Notes: generated from the sequence alone by a model not told the origin. Counted from the stretch's first letter, positions 1 through 10,557 are shown. The stretch is 64,000 nucleotides of DNA from a virus (IMGVR_UViG_3300011429_000087:32001-96000), one strand, 5' to 3'. Translations and numbers: made by a program.

Positions 1-882
1 GATGAGCACGCTCACGAACTCTATACGGATATGCAAGTTGGTCAAGTATGGCAATCAGCATTTAGACAGTGGATTTATGAATCTGGTGTTCCAGTGGATG
101 GTTCATTAATTAAAGCAAATCCACAGGTTGCCTCTGGCGTTTATGTTCAGGGGGCTTTTAGACGCCCAGACGATACAACATTTGCCCACAAGATAGATTT
201 TATTAATGGGCGTGTTATCTTTGATCAGCCATTACCTTTAGATACACAGGTTCATGCCGATTTTACTTATCGGCATGTGCGTGTTGGATTCGAACATCAT
301 TTTAATCAACAATTTGATGATGGCTATATTGAGAGCAAGTATGCTACTAATCCCGAAACGTCTATGCAACTTGTTTATCCATCTGGCACAAAACAGCCTT
401 TTCCTGCGGTCTTCATAGAACTGGACGGACGGACACAAAAGCCATATGAAATAGGAAATAGATCACTTAAGATAACCGACGAAGTGAAATTACATATTTG
501 GGCTTTAGATGATATTCAGAGAGATAATATTGTGGATATTTTAACCGCCCAGGAACGCAAGTCCATTCCTCTTATTAATTTTAATATTGCCCCACTTCCA
601 TTATCTGGCATTTTTAATGAGATATCGCCAGAATATATTGCATACCAGGATCTTTTAAGAAATAATAGAATAGTAACTACCATAGGATCTGGCACACCTC
701 TTAGATATATGTCTTATATTGATAAGACTGAAGTTCAGAATGAGGCACCCGTTCAGGAGTATGAAAGAGCATTGGTAACATTTCATGTAACCACATATCT
801 TAATGCTCCGATTACCCCTCTTGGGACGATTTTTGCCCCGATCAGCAATATCCCGGTTCTTGGGGACCAAGTTTTTTCTTAG
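1..882 (+). CDS. Putative tail terminator/completion protein (5'-truncated)
   Basis: Frame is open from base 1. Lies directly upstream of the tail tube gene. PFPAVFIE...LHIWALDDIQRDNIVDIL resembles tail-terminator proteins. Confidence 0.55.
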   Translation, partial: DEHAHELYTDMQVGQVWQSAFRQWIYESGVPVDGSLIKANPQVASGVYVQGAFRRPDDTTFAHKIDFINGRVIFDQPLPLDTQVHADFTYRHVRVGFEHHFNQQFDDGYIESKYATNPETSMQLVYPSGTKQPFPAVFIELDGRTQKPYEIGNRSLKITDEVKLHIWALDDIQRDNIVDILTAQERKSIPLINFNIAPLPLSGIFNEISPEYIAYQDLLRNNRIVTTIGSGTPLRYMSYIDKTEVQNEAPVQEYERALVTFHVTTYLNAPITPLGTIFAPISNIPVLGDQVFS

Positions 883-893
883 TGTATTAAATT
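879..893 (+). promoter_or_regulatory. Candidate late promoter motif TTAGTGTATTAAATT (copy 1)
   Basis: Exact 15-mer also at 13586 and 24330. Overlaps the TAG stop of the upstream gene and precedes the tail tube gene. Followed by the hairpin TAGGGATA/TATCCCTA (898-927). Confidence 0.65.
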
Positions 894-960
894 GAGGTAG
901 GGATACCATAAACATCTCATATCCCTAATACGCTAGCGAATTAAAAGACAGGAGAATTAG

Positions 961-2364
961 ATGGTTAACAATCGTGTATTTTGGGCTATCGAACAGGTAG
1001 CCATTAAAGCTAATAGTATAGCGGCTACTGGTGAAGTTGCACCGGTTAATAGCCGTCACTTTATCACTGGCGGGCTAGCATCAGGCGTCAATGAAGTAGG
1101 CAACCGATGGGAAGTGCCGCGTGGCCTTCAATCCGCCGGTATGACCACAACCTTTAACCTCGAACAAGTCTTCCAGCTTGGTCAGGTAGAAATCTATGAA
1201 AATTCAGAACGTCAACCTGACATCGAAATGACCTTAAGCAAGGCAATCGACGGATCAAAGCCTCTATTTTTCATGGTAACTGATCCAAATCAAGCTAATG
1301 ATATCGTTGCTCGTACCCAGAGTTATAAAGTAGACGTTGCGATGGAAATTTACCCGGACTCACAGTTCCGAGCAACTGGCCGTCCGATCTCAATCGTTAC
1401 TGCATCTGGAATGGTTATTTCAAACATCTCCTACACGTTCCCAGTTGATGGTTTCGTTACAGAAGACGTAACTCTAGTCGGCAACGATAAGATTTGGGGT
1501 GCCTTAATTAATATCTCTGGTCAGTCTCTAGGTAATGGTGGTAATGAGCCACTAGTTAACTTCGGAAATGATCAGAATGGTGGCAATCCAAATGCTCCAG
1601 AAGGACTACCTTCGGGCGTATTCGGACACGACGGCACAACTTCCGCTCTTGTTGAGGGTGGAGCGTTCGAACTTGCCGGTGGATCAGATGTAAATGGTGT
1701 GATCATCGTAGGATCTGGTATCCAGCGAAGAGAAGAGGTAGAAATTCGCCGAAGCGTTCTTCCTCGCGACATTCCTGGCATTAAGCCATTTATTAGTTCT
1801 GGAATTAACGCGGCATTTGTCAACGGTGGATTCGGAGCACAGGGCCCAGGCACCGCTTCCGCATTCACTCAAACAATTGGTGACGCGAATACAGACTTTA
1901 TTCAGGAACACGTTCAGACGATTACGGTTTCAGTCGATCTTGGACGAGACGACATCTTCGAGCTTGGTTCAAAGCGACCATTCGCCAAGACTGTATCTTT
2001 CCCAATCGAAGTAACAGCTTCAGTTGAAGTTATCACGGCCCAGGGCGATCTAGTAGATGCAACTGCTGGTATCGACTGTGGACCAGATAATACCGTTGCA
2101 AATAACACAATGATTATTAGAACGTGCGACGGTCTGCAAGTAGACCTCGGAGACGGCATGAGACTTCAGGGCGTTGACGTTGGCGGTGGAGACGCTGGTG
2201 GTGACAACATGACAGTGACCTACAACTTCGTAGGATACAACGTGTTCAACGTCAGCCATGACTTCTTCCAGCCGAATCACAGAGTGGTCGTGTTCGAGAC
2301 AGGCAATAGCAGATTCAACGTTGGCGGTGAGTCATTCAAGAGAACTGACCTCGGAATCTTCTAA
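961..2364 (+). CDS. Major tail tube protein (internally duplicated tube domain)
   Basis: Strong RBS (CAGGAG), own promoter motif and terminator, position before chaperones and tape measure. Beta-rich, with two related Q-S/T...F-x-LG...P segments. Confidence 0.75.
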   Translation: MVNNRVFWAIEQVAIKANSIAATGEVAPVNSRHFITGGLASGVNEVGNRWEVPRGLQSAGMTTTFNLEQVFQLGQVEIYENSERQPDIEMTLSKAIDGSKPLFFMVTDPNQANDIVARTQSYKVDVAMEIYPDSQFRATGRPISIVTASGMVISNISYTFPVDGFVTEDVTLVGNDKIWGALINISGQSLGNGGNEPLVNFGNDQNGGNPNAPEGLPSGVFGHDGTTSALVEGGAFELAGGSDVNGVIIVGSGIQRREEVEIRRSVLPRDIPGIKPFISSGINAAFVNGGFGAQGPGTASAFTQTIGDANTDFIQEHVQTITVSVDLGRDDIFELGSKRPFAKTVSFPIEVTASVEVITAQGDLVDATAGIDCGPDNTVANNTMIIRTCDGLQVDLGDGMRLQGVDVGGGDAGGDNMTVTYNFVGYNVFNVSHDFFQPNHRVVVFETGNSRFNVGGESFKRTDLGIF

Positions 2365-2374
2365 GAATTCATCG

Positions 2375-2432
2375 TCTGAACTATATGTTCAGATCCCCCG
2401 GGGGCCATTGGCCCCCGGGAAGTTTTTATTTT
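2375..2432 (+). terminator. Rho-independent terminator after tail tube gene
   Basis: Hairpin TCTGAAC/GTTCAGA (2375-2393), then 10-bp GC stem CCCGGGGGCC-ATT-GGCCCCCGGG (2397-2419), followed by AAGTTTTTATTTT. Confidence 0.85.
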
Positions 2433-2442
2433 GGTGCTAGGT

Positions 2443-3615
2443 ATGGAATTGGTACAGGATTTAATCAATCTTATTTTGTGGGACCGTCGTTTAGTTCTTT
2501 TGCCAGATGGCAAGATCGTTGTCATACTAAACCCCACAGTTGCGGACAGAAATATAGCCGCATTAGAAAAACGTCTCGTAATGCGACAAGCATTAGATAA
2601 TGATATTCCCACCCAGGAAAGAGCCTTAAAAGAAGCGAGGGAAAGTGAAAGCTGGACGGACGAAGACGATCTTATTTTAAAAGAGGCCGAGAAACATATT
2701 GCGTTTTTGGAATCTGAAAAGGATAGACATAAGCTTTTAACCAAGAAACATCGGCTAGATAAGCAGATAGAAGAAACACAAGAAAAATTAAAGCACGCAT
2801 TAGAAAAACAACAATATATTTATACACTGACCGCCGAATATATGGCAAATGAAGCCTTTATATTTGCCATGACTAAGCGTGTCGTTTTGCATGAAGATGG
2901 TACACCATTTTTTAATGACTATCAAACTATTAATAAGCTCAAAGATAATGATCCAGAATTAATGACTCTTCTCTTAAAAGAGGTTATTACAGAAGGTGGA
3001 TTGGCTCATTCAGAACTTAGAAAGATTGCTAGGTCGCTTGAATGGAGAATGTTGTGGACTCTTAATAGAGAAAATATACAGTCTCTTTTCAATACACCAA
3101 TAGCCAATCTTTCAATAAACCAGCGTATGCTTATTTATTGGAGCAGGGTTTATGATCTTGCTTATGAAAGTACCGAAAAGCCGGATGAAGATATTATACA
3201 AGACGACGAAAAGTTCGATATATGGCTACGGAATCGTAACAATGAAAAGAATGAATCTGAAATGGCTAAGAAAAAGAATATACCAGAACACCATGAACGC
3301 GGAGTTGTGTTAGATGGATATTATGTGGAAGAGTGTGTTTGTGGTGTAGCAGATATCAAAGTTAAGGGACATGGCGAACGCCCGCGACATGCAAAAAATT
3401 GCCTGTATGGAACATATCGTAGGTATACTAGAGCCGAGAAGGATAAGATCGCCGATGAAATCTACGCACGCAACTCTAAGAGAATTCGATTATTGCAGAC
3501 ACAAGAACAAACTACAGTTGCAAAGGTTGGCATGATAGATGAGAAGGATCTCAGAAATAAGAATTCAAGGATATTGCTTGGCTCTAAGCAAGAAATTCAT
3601 ACATTGAGGAAATAA
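2443..3615 (+). CDS. Putative tail assembly chaperone-like protein (paralog of 4165..4977)
   Basis: Charged helical protein between the tube and tape measure genes. Shares PT..R.A...WT..DD and AE..A..F/W..Y motifs with 4165..4977. ATG 2443 preferred over TTG 2431. Confidence 0.5.
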   Translation: MELVQDLINLILWDRRLVLLPDGKIVVILNPTVADRNIAALEKRLVMRQALDNDIPTQERALKEARESESWTDEDDLILKEAEKHIAFLESEKDRHKLLTKKHRLDKQIEETQEKLKHALEKQQYIYTLTAEYMANEAFIFAMTKRVVLHEDGTPFFNDYQTINKLKDNDPELMTLLLKEVITEGGLAHSELRKIARSLEWRMLWTLNRENIQSLFNTPIANLSINQRMLIYWSRVYDLAYESTEKPDEDIIQDDEKFDIWLRNRNNEKNESEMAKKKNIPEHHERGVVLDGYYVEECVCGVADIKVKGHGERPRHAKNCLYGTYRRYTRAEKDKIADEIYARNSKRIRLLQTQEQTTVAKVGMIDEKDLRNKNSRILLGSKQEIHTLRK

Positions 3616-4181
3616 TGAGAAAAACATCAAAAGACGTTCTCACCGAGAGTTTGGAAAGACGCATGAAGCATATCATGGTGCAACTTTTGAATCAGTTTGA
3701 TGAGCGTTTTCCAGATTTAAGAGAAGATCAGCAGGGGCGATTATTTAAGTTTGATATCAAAAATCAGTTCAATGATGCTATTCGGGCGACCAGAGACGAA
3801 ATTAGAGATTATGATATTGAATATAGGCCAGTTAGATTTAATCCAGATAATACGCTCAGTGTAACGAAAGCCTTTATAGAAGGCATACAGACAATCACAT
3901 TTAATGACACCGAGCCGGGAATTAGAATATTGGCTAAAAATGAGCAACAAAATTATAGAATATTAGAAGCAATAAGAAGAGAACTTGACACGGGCATTAT
4001 TTATATTAATTCTACTGCTACATTAACTCTTGATATATATGGTCTTGATAGTTGTGTTAATTGTGCAATTCCTTTTATGGACTTATATAATTTGCTATCT
4101 GGAGTTAAAGAAGAGTATATTAGTTGGCGTAAAAAAGTCGTAGAACTTTACAATGGAGATAGGCATGGACAGAACATTTAG
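3615..4181 (+). CDS. Hypothetical protein
   Basis: 188-aa ORF translationally coupled (TAATG) to the upstream gene. Confidence 0.7.
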   Translation: MRKTSKDVLTESLERRMKHIMVQLLNQFDERFPDLREDQQGRLFKFDIKNQFNDAIRATRDEIRDYDIEYRPVRFNPDNTLSVTKAFIEGIQTITFNDTEPGIRILAKNEQQNYRILEAIRRELDTGIIYINSTATLTLDIYGLDSCVNCAIPFMDLYNLLSGVKEEYISWRKKVVELYNGDRHGQNI

Positions 4182-4977
4182 AGCAATTGATCGGCACGGA
4201 GCCGAAATGGAATTTGAATTAATCGAGGCCACGGATATATTAATCCGTGAGGCAGATATGATCTATCGCAAAGCTTATAGTGAGGCCATTAAAGAAGGAA
4301 TTCTTCCTCGCGAGAAGATGAGGGAAATCTTCGATAAAAATGGCATCTGGACTAAGGACGATGATGACGATTTTAGACGTTTAGTCTCAGATATAACCTC
4401 TCTGTCGCTTTCTTTAGAGGAAGCCTCGAAGCGTAGCGATAATAATGAGTGTATTAAGATATCAGGGGAAATGGGTATTTTAAGAGTTAAAATGCTTAGA
4501 CTATTCAGTGTACAACAGGCTTCTTATATGCAATCTTGTGAGGGCTATGCTGAATTAACTAAGTTAGAATCTTTAATGGCTAGTTGTGTGATTATTAAGG
4601 CTACTAAACAGCGGTATTGGAAGAACTATAAAGATTATGTGATTGAGCGTGATCAGAATGCGACTTCCAATGTACCGGAAAAAGCAATGGAGTTCAATAA
4701 CTCTCTTTTAGAGAAAATGAGAGATGATACAATTAATGAATATCCAGAACAGAAGTGGCTTAAAACGCAACATGCCGAAATGGTAGAAAAAGCCAAACAG
4801 GATGCTCGGGAAACGTTGGTGCGTAGAATTAAGGAAGCAATAGATGGCGACAAGGTGGAAGGTGGATCTAGTGCGGGGACAATCGGGCCTGAAGGGGCCG
4901 ATAGCGGAAGCGTGGAAAAGAACGCTTCTCCGCCTGGAGCCGTTAATGTCGGGGCCGATACTGGAGGCTCTAATTAA
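4165..4977 (+). CDS. Putative tail assembly chaperone-like protein
   Basis: GGAG RBS before ATG 4165. Paralogous to the N-terminal half of 2443..3615. Located upstream of the tape measure gene. Confidence 0.5.
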   Translation: MDRTFRAIDRHGAEMEFELIEATDILIREADMIYRKAYSEAIKEGILPREKMREIFDKNGIWTKDDDDDFRRLVSDITSLSLSLEEASKRSDNNECIKISGEMGILRVKMLRLFSVQQASYMQSCEGYAELTKLESLMASCVIIKATKQRYWKNYKDYVIERDQNATSNVPEKAMEFNNSLLEKMRDDTINEYPEQKWLKTQHAEMVEKAKQDARETLVRRIKEAIDGDKVEGGSSAGTIGPEGADSGSVEKNASPPGAVNVGADTGGSN

Positions 4978-5503
4978 CGGAGGCATGGGCCTTGAAGGTA
5001 TCGCCCAAACTCCGTTTTATCAGTTTATAACTAGTTCGGAGGGTTTAAGTGAATTAGGTGTAGAAGCCACGGAACCTCCAAAACTATTAAAGGCATACCG
5101 CGACACATTCCGAGTAGATGTTAGAGGCACGGCCCTTTCTTTCTATTTCGGCAACGTTTATAATCTCATTAGAGCTACGCCACATCCTGCTAGTGGAACG
5201 GGCCAACTTAAAATCGGATCGTGGCTACGGTGGGCTGTAGACGGCCAGAAGGTGAATGACAGAGGTTTCGTGCCACGCAACAGATTGCCAAAAGTTGATA
5301 AGCTGCGTAAACGAATCAGGTTAGGTGATCCATTAGGCGGTTTAATGTTACCAGCCAATAGATTTGGTTCAACTGGCAGATGGGAATTACCGATTGTTTT
5401 CAGAAACTATGCTGATGAGTGGTTCGTTAAAAATAAGGCACGATTAGAAGAATTAATTGTTAAATATATCGAGTTTATCTTTGCAAGTGAGCTAATGAAG
5501 TAA
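4844..5503 (+). CDS. Hypothetical virion morphogenesis (tail completion/neck-like) protein
   Basis: 219-aa basic ORF coupled (TAATG) to the tape measure gene. Function inferred from position only. Confidence 0.45.
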   Translation: MATRWKVDLVRGQSGLKGPIAEAWKRTLLRLEPLMSGPILEALINGGMGLEGIAQTPFYQFITSSEGLSELGVEATEPPKLLKAYRDTFRVDVRGTALSFYFGNVYNLIRATPHPASGTGQLKIGSWLRWAVDGQKVNDRGFVPRNRLPKVDKLRKRIRLGDPLGGLMLPANRFGSTGRWELPIVFRNYADEWFVKNKARLEELIVKYIEFIFASELMK

Positions 5504-8500
5504 TGGCAAGAATTCAATTAGAAGGTATTCTAAGGCTTATAGATGTCGATATTAATCCGGCAATCTTTCAGAAGATTAGTCGTGCGGCCAGTACCTTGCC
5601 CGGAGCATTTAAACAGACCGGACAGGCGGTTGGACAAGCCAATAGTAATGTTCAGACTTTTAATGCCACTCTTGGCAAAACAAACCAGCAATTAAGTCTC
5701 GGTAATGCATTTGCTCAGAAATTCTTGCAGCGAATGGCTCAATTCGCCATCTTACTTCCTATCTTTGCGACTCTTAATAAGGCTATTCAGGGCGGCGTTA
5801 AATTTATATCTGAATTCGAATCAGAATTATTAAACATCGTTAGAATTGATCCGAAAGAGGCGGTCAACAGAATACAAGAAATTTCAGATGCCGCACTAGA
5901 TATTGGGGCTCGATTCGGCGTATCAGCGATCGAGGTCATTAAGAGCGTGAAGGTCTTCGTACAAGCCGGTGAAACAATCAGTTCTGCTCTTGACAAAGCT
6001 AAAGTGGCTGCGATTGCTACCCAAGTAAGTACATTGGATCTTGCACAGGCACAAGAATTACTCATCGGCGTGCAGAAGCAATTCGCAAGTTCTGCTCTTA
6101 GTAATATAGAAATCCTAGATAAGATTTCAAAGGTAGAAGACTTAACCGCGTCAGATGCCCAAGACATGGCCGACGCATTCGTGGCCGGCGGTAACGCCCT
6201 TGCGTTCGCCACTAAGGATTTCGATTATGCCATTGCGTCTATTGCAGCCTTAAGAGAACAAACTAGAAAAAGTGGCAAGGAACTTGGTACATTCGCAAAA
6301 ACTGTTATTCCAAGATTGTTTGCTGGTGGAGAAAGCAGAACAGCACTAGAACAATTGGGCGTAAGCGTTCAAGATCAGGCCGGAGAACTTCGTCCTTTTC
6401 AGGCCGTAGTTGAAGATACTGCTAAAGCATTTCATGGTTTGACAGAGGCGGAACAGGTCAATGCCGCCAAGACCATTGCTGGCGTTCGTCAATTCGAAAC
6501 ATTCTTAGCTCTTTTGAAATCAACCAATAGAGCGGCAGAAGTATATGCCGGATCATTAAATGCCGACGGAACGGCTGCTCGTAAATTACAGGTTGTACAA
6601 GAAAAACTGTCGTATCAAGTAGATCAGACGGTAGCTGAATTCCAGAAATTAGCTGTCGAACTAGGTAATGCCGGTGTGTTAGATTTCTTCAAAGATGCAT
6701 TAAAGGCCGCTCGTGGGTTTGCGATGGGATTAGAAGAGGCCGTTAAGATTGCTAAAACTTTGGGTGTGGCTATTGCCCCATTAATTGGGGTTGGTGCATT
6801 CAAGTTAGGACAGATCGCGTTCGGAGGGCGAGGCGGTGGACAAGGTACTACCGGCGGTGCTCAACAGGGCGGTGGTGGCAAATTCAATTTCGTTGGTTCG
6901 CCATCTGCTCAGGGTGGTGGCCCTCTAACGCGGGGCGTATCAGGCAAGGAATTCGCGGCTTTCCAGGCTGCCTCTATAGCGGCGGGATTGGCACTTAAAG
7001 GATTAGAAGTTGCATTTAAAGATGCGACTGGCACAATAGCCGAAGTTGGCAGTGCATTAAATAGCGTTTTAGGAGCCGCACAAACGGGATTTCAAGTAGC
7101 AGCCTTGTTGGGGCCAAAGGCTGGATTAATGGTTGGAACCTTCCAGCTTGTCATTGATGCAGTTGCTAAGATTACAGACGCGATCGACCAGAGAAAGAAG
7201 GATCTTGAACAGATCGGAGAAGATAATGCCCATCTTAAGGCTTCTAAAAATCTTGCCTTGGATGCCGCTGCTGGTGAAATATTGACTAAACCAATTCTTG
7301 ATGCTATGCAGAAAGCCCTCGTTAAGAGTGGCGGCGTTATTAATGATGCATTCTTTAAGACAATTAACACGGCAGTTAAACAAACTGTCGGTAATAAAGA
7401 ATTAGTAAAACAGGCTGGTTTAGGGCCAGAAACTAGCAAGGCCGATCTAACAGATGTATTAGCTAATCCACAATTCATCAAAAATATTGCTGCTGCAAAT
7501 CCTCAGTTTGAAAGACTCAACAAGGCTATCGAAGCCGGTATGAGTCTGTCTATGCAACAGACCGCCCTATTTAGAGACTTAGCTTCTGCTGGAGGAGCGG
7601 CAGATATAGCCGTTCGAGGACTAGTAGATACTCTAAAAGCGGTCAAAGAGCGAGATCAGTTGCGTCAGCAAGAGGCCGCCATTAATGAATTAATTTCTCA
7701 ACGAACTCAATTATTACGCACAGATGTTCCACTTTTTCAGACAGAAATAGAACAGTTACAGGAGCGTCAAAAGGCTCTTGGGAAATTCTTAGACGTTGCA
7801 TCTGCCGCCAGGAAAGACTTCGAAAATCTAGCCGCCACAAATCCAAGCGAACTAGGATTCGTTGGACAAAGTGCTCAGGCATCAGATGCCGCAAAGAATT
7901 TCTTGAGCCAAATTGAAACCGCCTTCAATAATGCCGGTAAAAATGGTAATTTTAATCTAACGAAAGTGATTGACGATATTGTTAAGAAAACGAATATAGA
8001 TACTACCTTTGGCGGTGAAGATCAGGTGCCCATAAGTGAAGCCGAGCAGACTAAGATGACGAAGGCCGCAATGGAATTCGTCTCTGTGCTTCAGAAGGGA
8101 CTTTCCGAGGATATCGAACGTGCTAAAGTTGATTTTGATTTAAGACAGGCTCTTGGTAAACAGGCCGCAGAATTAGTCAAGGTTCAAAAAGATATACAAG
8201 AGGCTACTAAGGGTGCCCTCGATAATGCAGAACTAGCCTTGATTAAACTTGGTGTTGACGCTAATTTAAGTGGTGAAGATATTGCCAATCTTGGTTCATT
8301 AACTACAGAGCAATTTAATGAAATCGTAAAGAGTGGCACCGGAGCCAACGAGTCCCTACAGAATCTCATTAATACATTTGCCGGGGATAATCTAAAACAG
8401 GCTCAACAGGCGGCACGCATATCTTCTGAAACTTTTGCTAAAGAATTAGATGTTCTTGATGAAAAAATTCAGGCCGTATCTAATACTATTGCAAATACTC

Positions 8501-10554
8501 AGGGAGGAGTCAATCAGGATACGGGTAAGACAAGAATTCAGTTGGAAGAAGAATTGGGGCAACTCCAAGTACAACGAATCTCAAAGGTTAAAGAAGCTGA
8601 AGCCGCCGGTATTCATGATACTCTTGCTCTATTAAAGGCTCAGTCTGAAGCCGAAAAAGAAGCCGCTCAAAAGGCTAAGGAACTTGCTAAAGCATTAGAC
8701 GATCTAGCTGCTGCTCAATTTGCTCTAAAGAATGGGGTGCATGATACTATCCGTTCATTCAATGAATTTAGTGCCGGTAAACTTAAAGACGAACTTGACA
8801 AAGATGCTAATGCACAACAAACATTAAAATCTGCACAACAGGACGTTTTATCTTCAACAGGTAATTTGAGTGATGCTTATAGATCATTTATCTCATCAAT
8901 CTTAGACTTCAATGACGCCCTCGCGTCCGCACGCATAGAAGCTGGTATGATGGGTATTCAAATCAAGACTCTTGACGGTGGATTAAGTACTGTTTCTGGA
9001 CGTATTAGTGCTCTTAATCAAGTATTCAATTCAACTCTAAAAGATGCCAATATATCTCTAAAGGAAAGAATTGGTCTTGAAAAACAATTAGCTCAGGATA
9101 CTTTGACGTTTTTACAGAACGCACAGAATGAAATTACTAATGCAGGCATTGAGGTGTTTGGACAATCTCCACAACAGAATGCAGAATTACAGCAAGGCAT
9201 CCAGGGACTACAATTCGTTGCCGAGAAACTGGGCGGATCTTTCGATAAATTCAGCAAATTTAATCCGCAACAGTTTGACCAAGTAAGCAAAGAATTGCTA
9301 TCGCTACCAACACAATTTAGACAGCAAATCTTAGACGCCTTACGCACTCTTCCGAGCACAACCCAAGTCGGCGGTTTCAGCCCCGAACAACTACAGAATG
9401 CTCTTGGACAGATTGGTGCGGGAGTGAATGAACAAGTTGGTTTACCAGCTATTGCTGATCTTATTACTCAAGAAAAAGAACAATTAACAAAGATGCAGGA
9501 TTTAGCAGTTAGAGATGCTGAACTTCAAATTTCTCAGGTCGTCGCGGCTGATCAAGCCGTTGAAGACGCCAAGGCACAACTTGAACAGGCAAAAATCAAT
9601 GCCGATCGGGCCGCAGAAGATATTCTAAGCGTGCGTGATGAAATTTTTGCAACTAATGATGCATTATCTGCTGCTGCGGATCAAAGAGAGAAGTTAACTG
9701 CTGAACTATTAAAGGCGACAGATAACGAAACTATTCGCCAAATAGAAGCACAGGCTAGAGAGTTCGCCAATCAGATTCCTTTATTCACAGACATTTCTGA
9801 CAAACTATTAGATGTTGTGAGTGCGATAGGCGGCTTACAGGCGGGCGTATTTAATGCTGCTGCGGCCGTTCCGACAGGGGCAAAGGGATATATTCCTAAC
9901 TTTGCTGGTGGAAATCTTTCTCCAAGAGAAGCGTTTGGTGTATTAAGAGCGGCAGCCCGAGAGAAGAGAATGATGCCTCCTGGTGCCGGATTAGCTGTTG
10001 CAAATACTAGCGAAGCAATTATTCCAAGTAAATTTGCCGGTCATATACCTAACTTTGCAGAAGGTGGCGGGGCTAGTGCTATAGCAAGTAGTATACAGGC
10101 TATTAATGGCACAAATGCCGCCGTAGTTGCCGCTATTACAAATTCTATTACAAATCTTATCAATCAAATTAATACAAATAATACGAATCAAGATATTGAT
10201 AGACAAACTCTAGATAAATTAGATAGTATCTTATCTACTTTACAGGAAATCTCTGTTTCAAATACGACAATTAGTGATACTGTTACAACGAATACTGCGA
10301 CAACTCCGGCGGCCGGGTCAACTGCTGCGTCTGCTGTTGCGGCACCAACGGCAATTAATGTTACCGTTAATGGAAAGAATACAGTTACAGTAACAGGATT
10401 AGAAAATCTTGCATCTGCTCTAAAGGAAGGAATTCGCAGAGCCCAAGAAGAACAGGCCGATCGAGTGTTGGAGCCGGTGAACAGTGCTGTTCAGTCTATC
10501 TTTCAGGTTCTAAGAGAACGCAATCTTATGACATCGTTTGGGCAAGGTCAATAA
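5503..10554 (+). CDS. Tail tape measure protein
   Basis: 1683 aa, Ala/Gln/Leu-rich and helical. TP901-type TMP core (AALREQTRKSGKELGT...LEQLGVSVQDQAGELRPF...IAGVRQ), central hydrophobic segments, C-terminal G[YH]IPNFA repeats. Confidence 0.92.
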   Translation: MARIQLEGILRLIDVDINPAIFQKISRAASTLPGAFKQTGQAVGQANSNVQTFNATLGKTNQQLSLGNAFAQKFLQRMAQFAILLPIFATLNKAIQGGVKFISEFESELLNIVRIDPKEAVNRIQEISDAALDIGARFGVSAIEVIKSVKVFVQAGETISSALDKAKVAAIATQVSTLDLAQAQELLIGVQKQFASSALSNIEILDKISKVEDLTASDAQDMADAFVAGGNALAFATKDFDYAIASIAALREQTRKSGKELGTFAKTVIPRLFAGGESRTALEQLGVSVQDQAGELRPFQAVVEDTAKAFHGLTEAEQVNAAKTIAGVRQFETFLALLKSTNRAAEVYAGSLNADGTAARKLQVVQEKLSYQVDQTVAEFQKLAVELGNAGVLDFFKDALKAARGFAMGLEEAVKIAKTLGVAIAPLIGVGAFKLGQIAFGGRGGGQGTTGGAQQGGGGKFNFVGSPSAQGGGPLTRGVSGKEFAAFQAASIAAGLALKGLEVAFKDATGTIAEVGSALNSVLGAAQTGFQVAALLGPKAGLMVGTFQLVIDAVAKITDAIDQRKKDLEQIGEDNAHLKASKNLALDAAAGEILTKPILDAMQKALVKSGGVINDAFFKTINTAVKQTVGNKELVKQAGLGPETSKADLTDVLANPQFIKNIAAANPQFERLNKAIEAGMSLSMQQTALFRDLASAGGAADIAVRGLVDTLKAVKERDQLRQQEAAINELISQRTQLLRTDVPLFQTEIEQLQERQKALGKFLDVASAARKDFENLAATNPSELGFVGQSAQASDAAKNFLSQIETAFNNAGKNGNFNLTKVIDDIVKKTNIDTTFGGEDQVPISEAEQTKMTKAAMEFVSVLQKGLSEDIERAKVDFDLRQALGKQAAELVKVQKDIQEATKGALDNAELALIKLGVDANLSGEDIANLGSLTTEQFNEIVKSGTGANESLQNLINTFAGDNLKQAQQAARISSETFAKELDVLDEKIQAVSNTIANTQGGVNQDTGKTRIQLEEELGQLQVQRISKVKEAEAAGIHDTLALLKAQSEAEKEAAQKAKELAKALDDLAAAQFALKNGVHDTIRSFNEFSAGKLKDELDKDANAQQTLKSAQQDVLSSTGNLSDAYRSFISSILDFNDALASARIEAGMMGIQIKTLDGGLSTVSGRISALNQVFNSTLKDANISLKERIGLEKQLAQDTLTFLQNAQNEITNAGIEVFGQSPQQNAELQQGIQGLQFVAEKLGGSFDKFSKFNPQQFDQVSKELLSLPTQFRQQILDALRTLPSTTQVGGFSPEQLQNALGQIGAGVNEQVGLPAIADLITQEKEQLTKMQDLAVRDAELQISQVVAADQAVEDAKAQLEQAKINADRAAEDILSVRDEIFATNDALSAAADQREKLTAELLKATDNETIRQIEAQAREFANQIPLFTDISDKLLDVVSAIGGLQAGVFNAAAAVPTGAKGYIPNFAGGNLSPREAFGVLRAAAREKRMMPPGAGLAVANTSEAIIPSKFAGHIPNFAEGGGASAIASSIQAINGTNAAVVAAITNSITNLINQINTNNTNQDIDRQTLDKLDSILSTLQEISVSNTTISDTVTTNTATTPAAGSTAASAVAAPTAINVTVNGKNTVTVTGLENLASALKEGIRRAQEEQADRVLEPVNSAVQSIFQVLRERNLMTSFGQGQ

Positions 10555-10557
10555 TCA

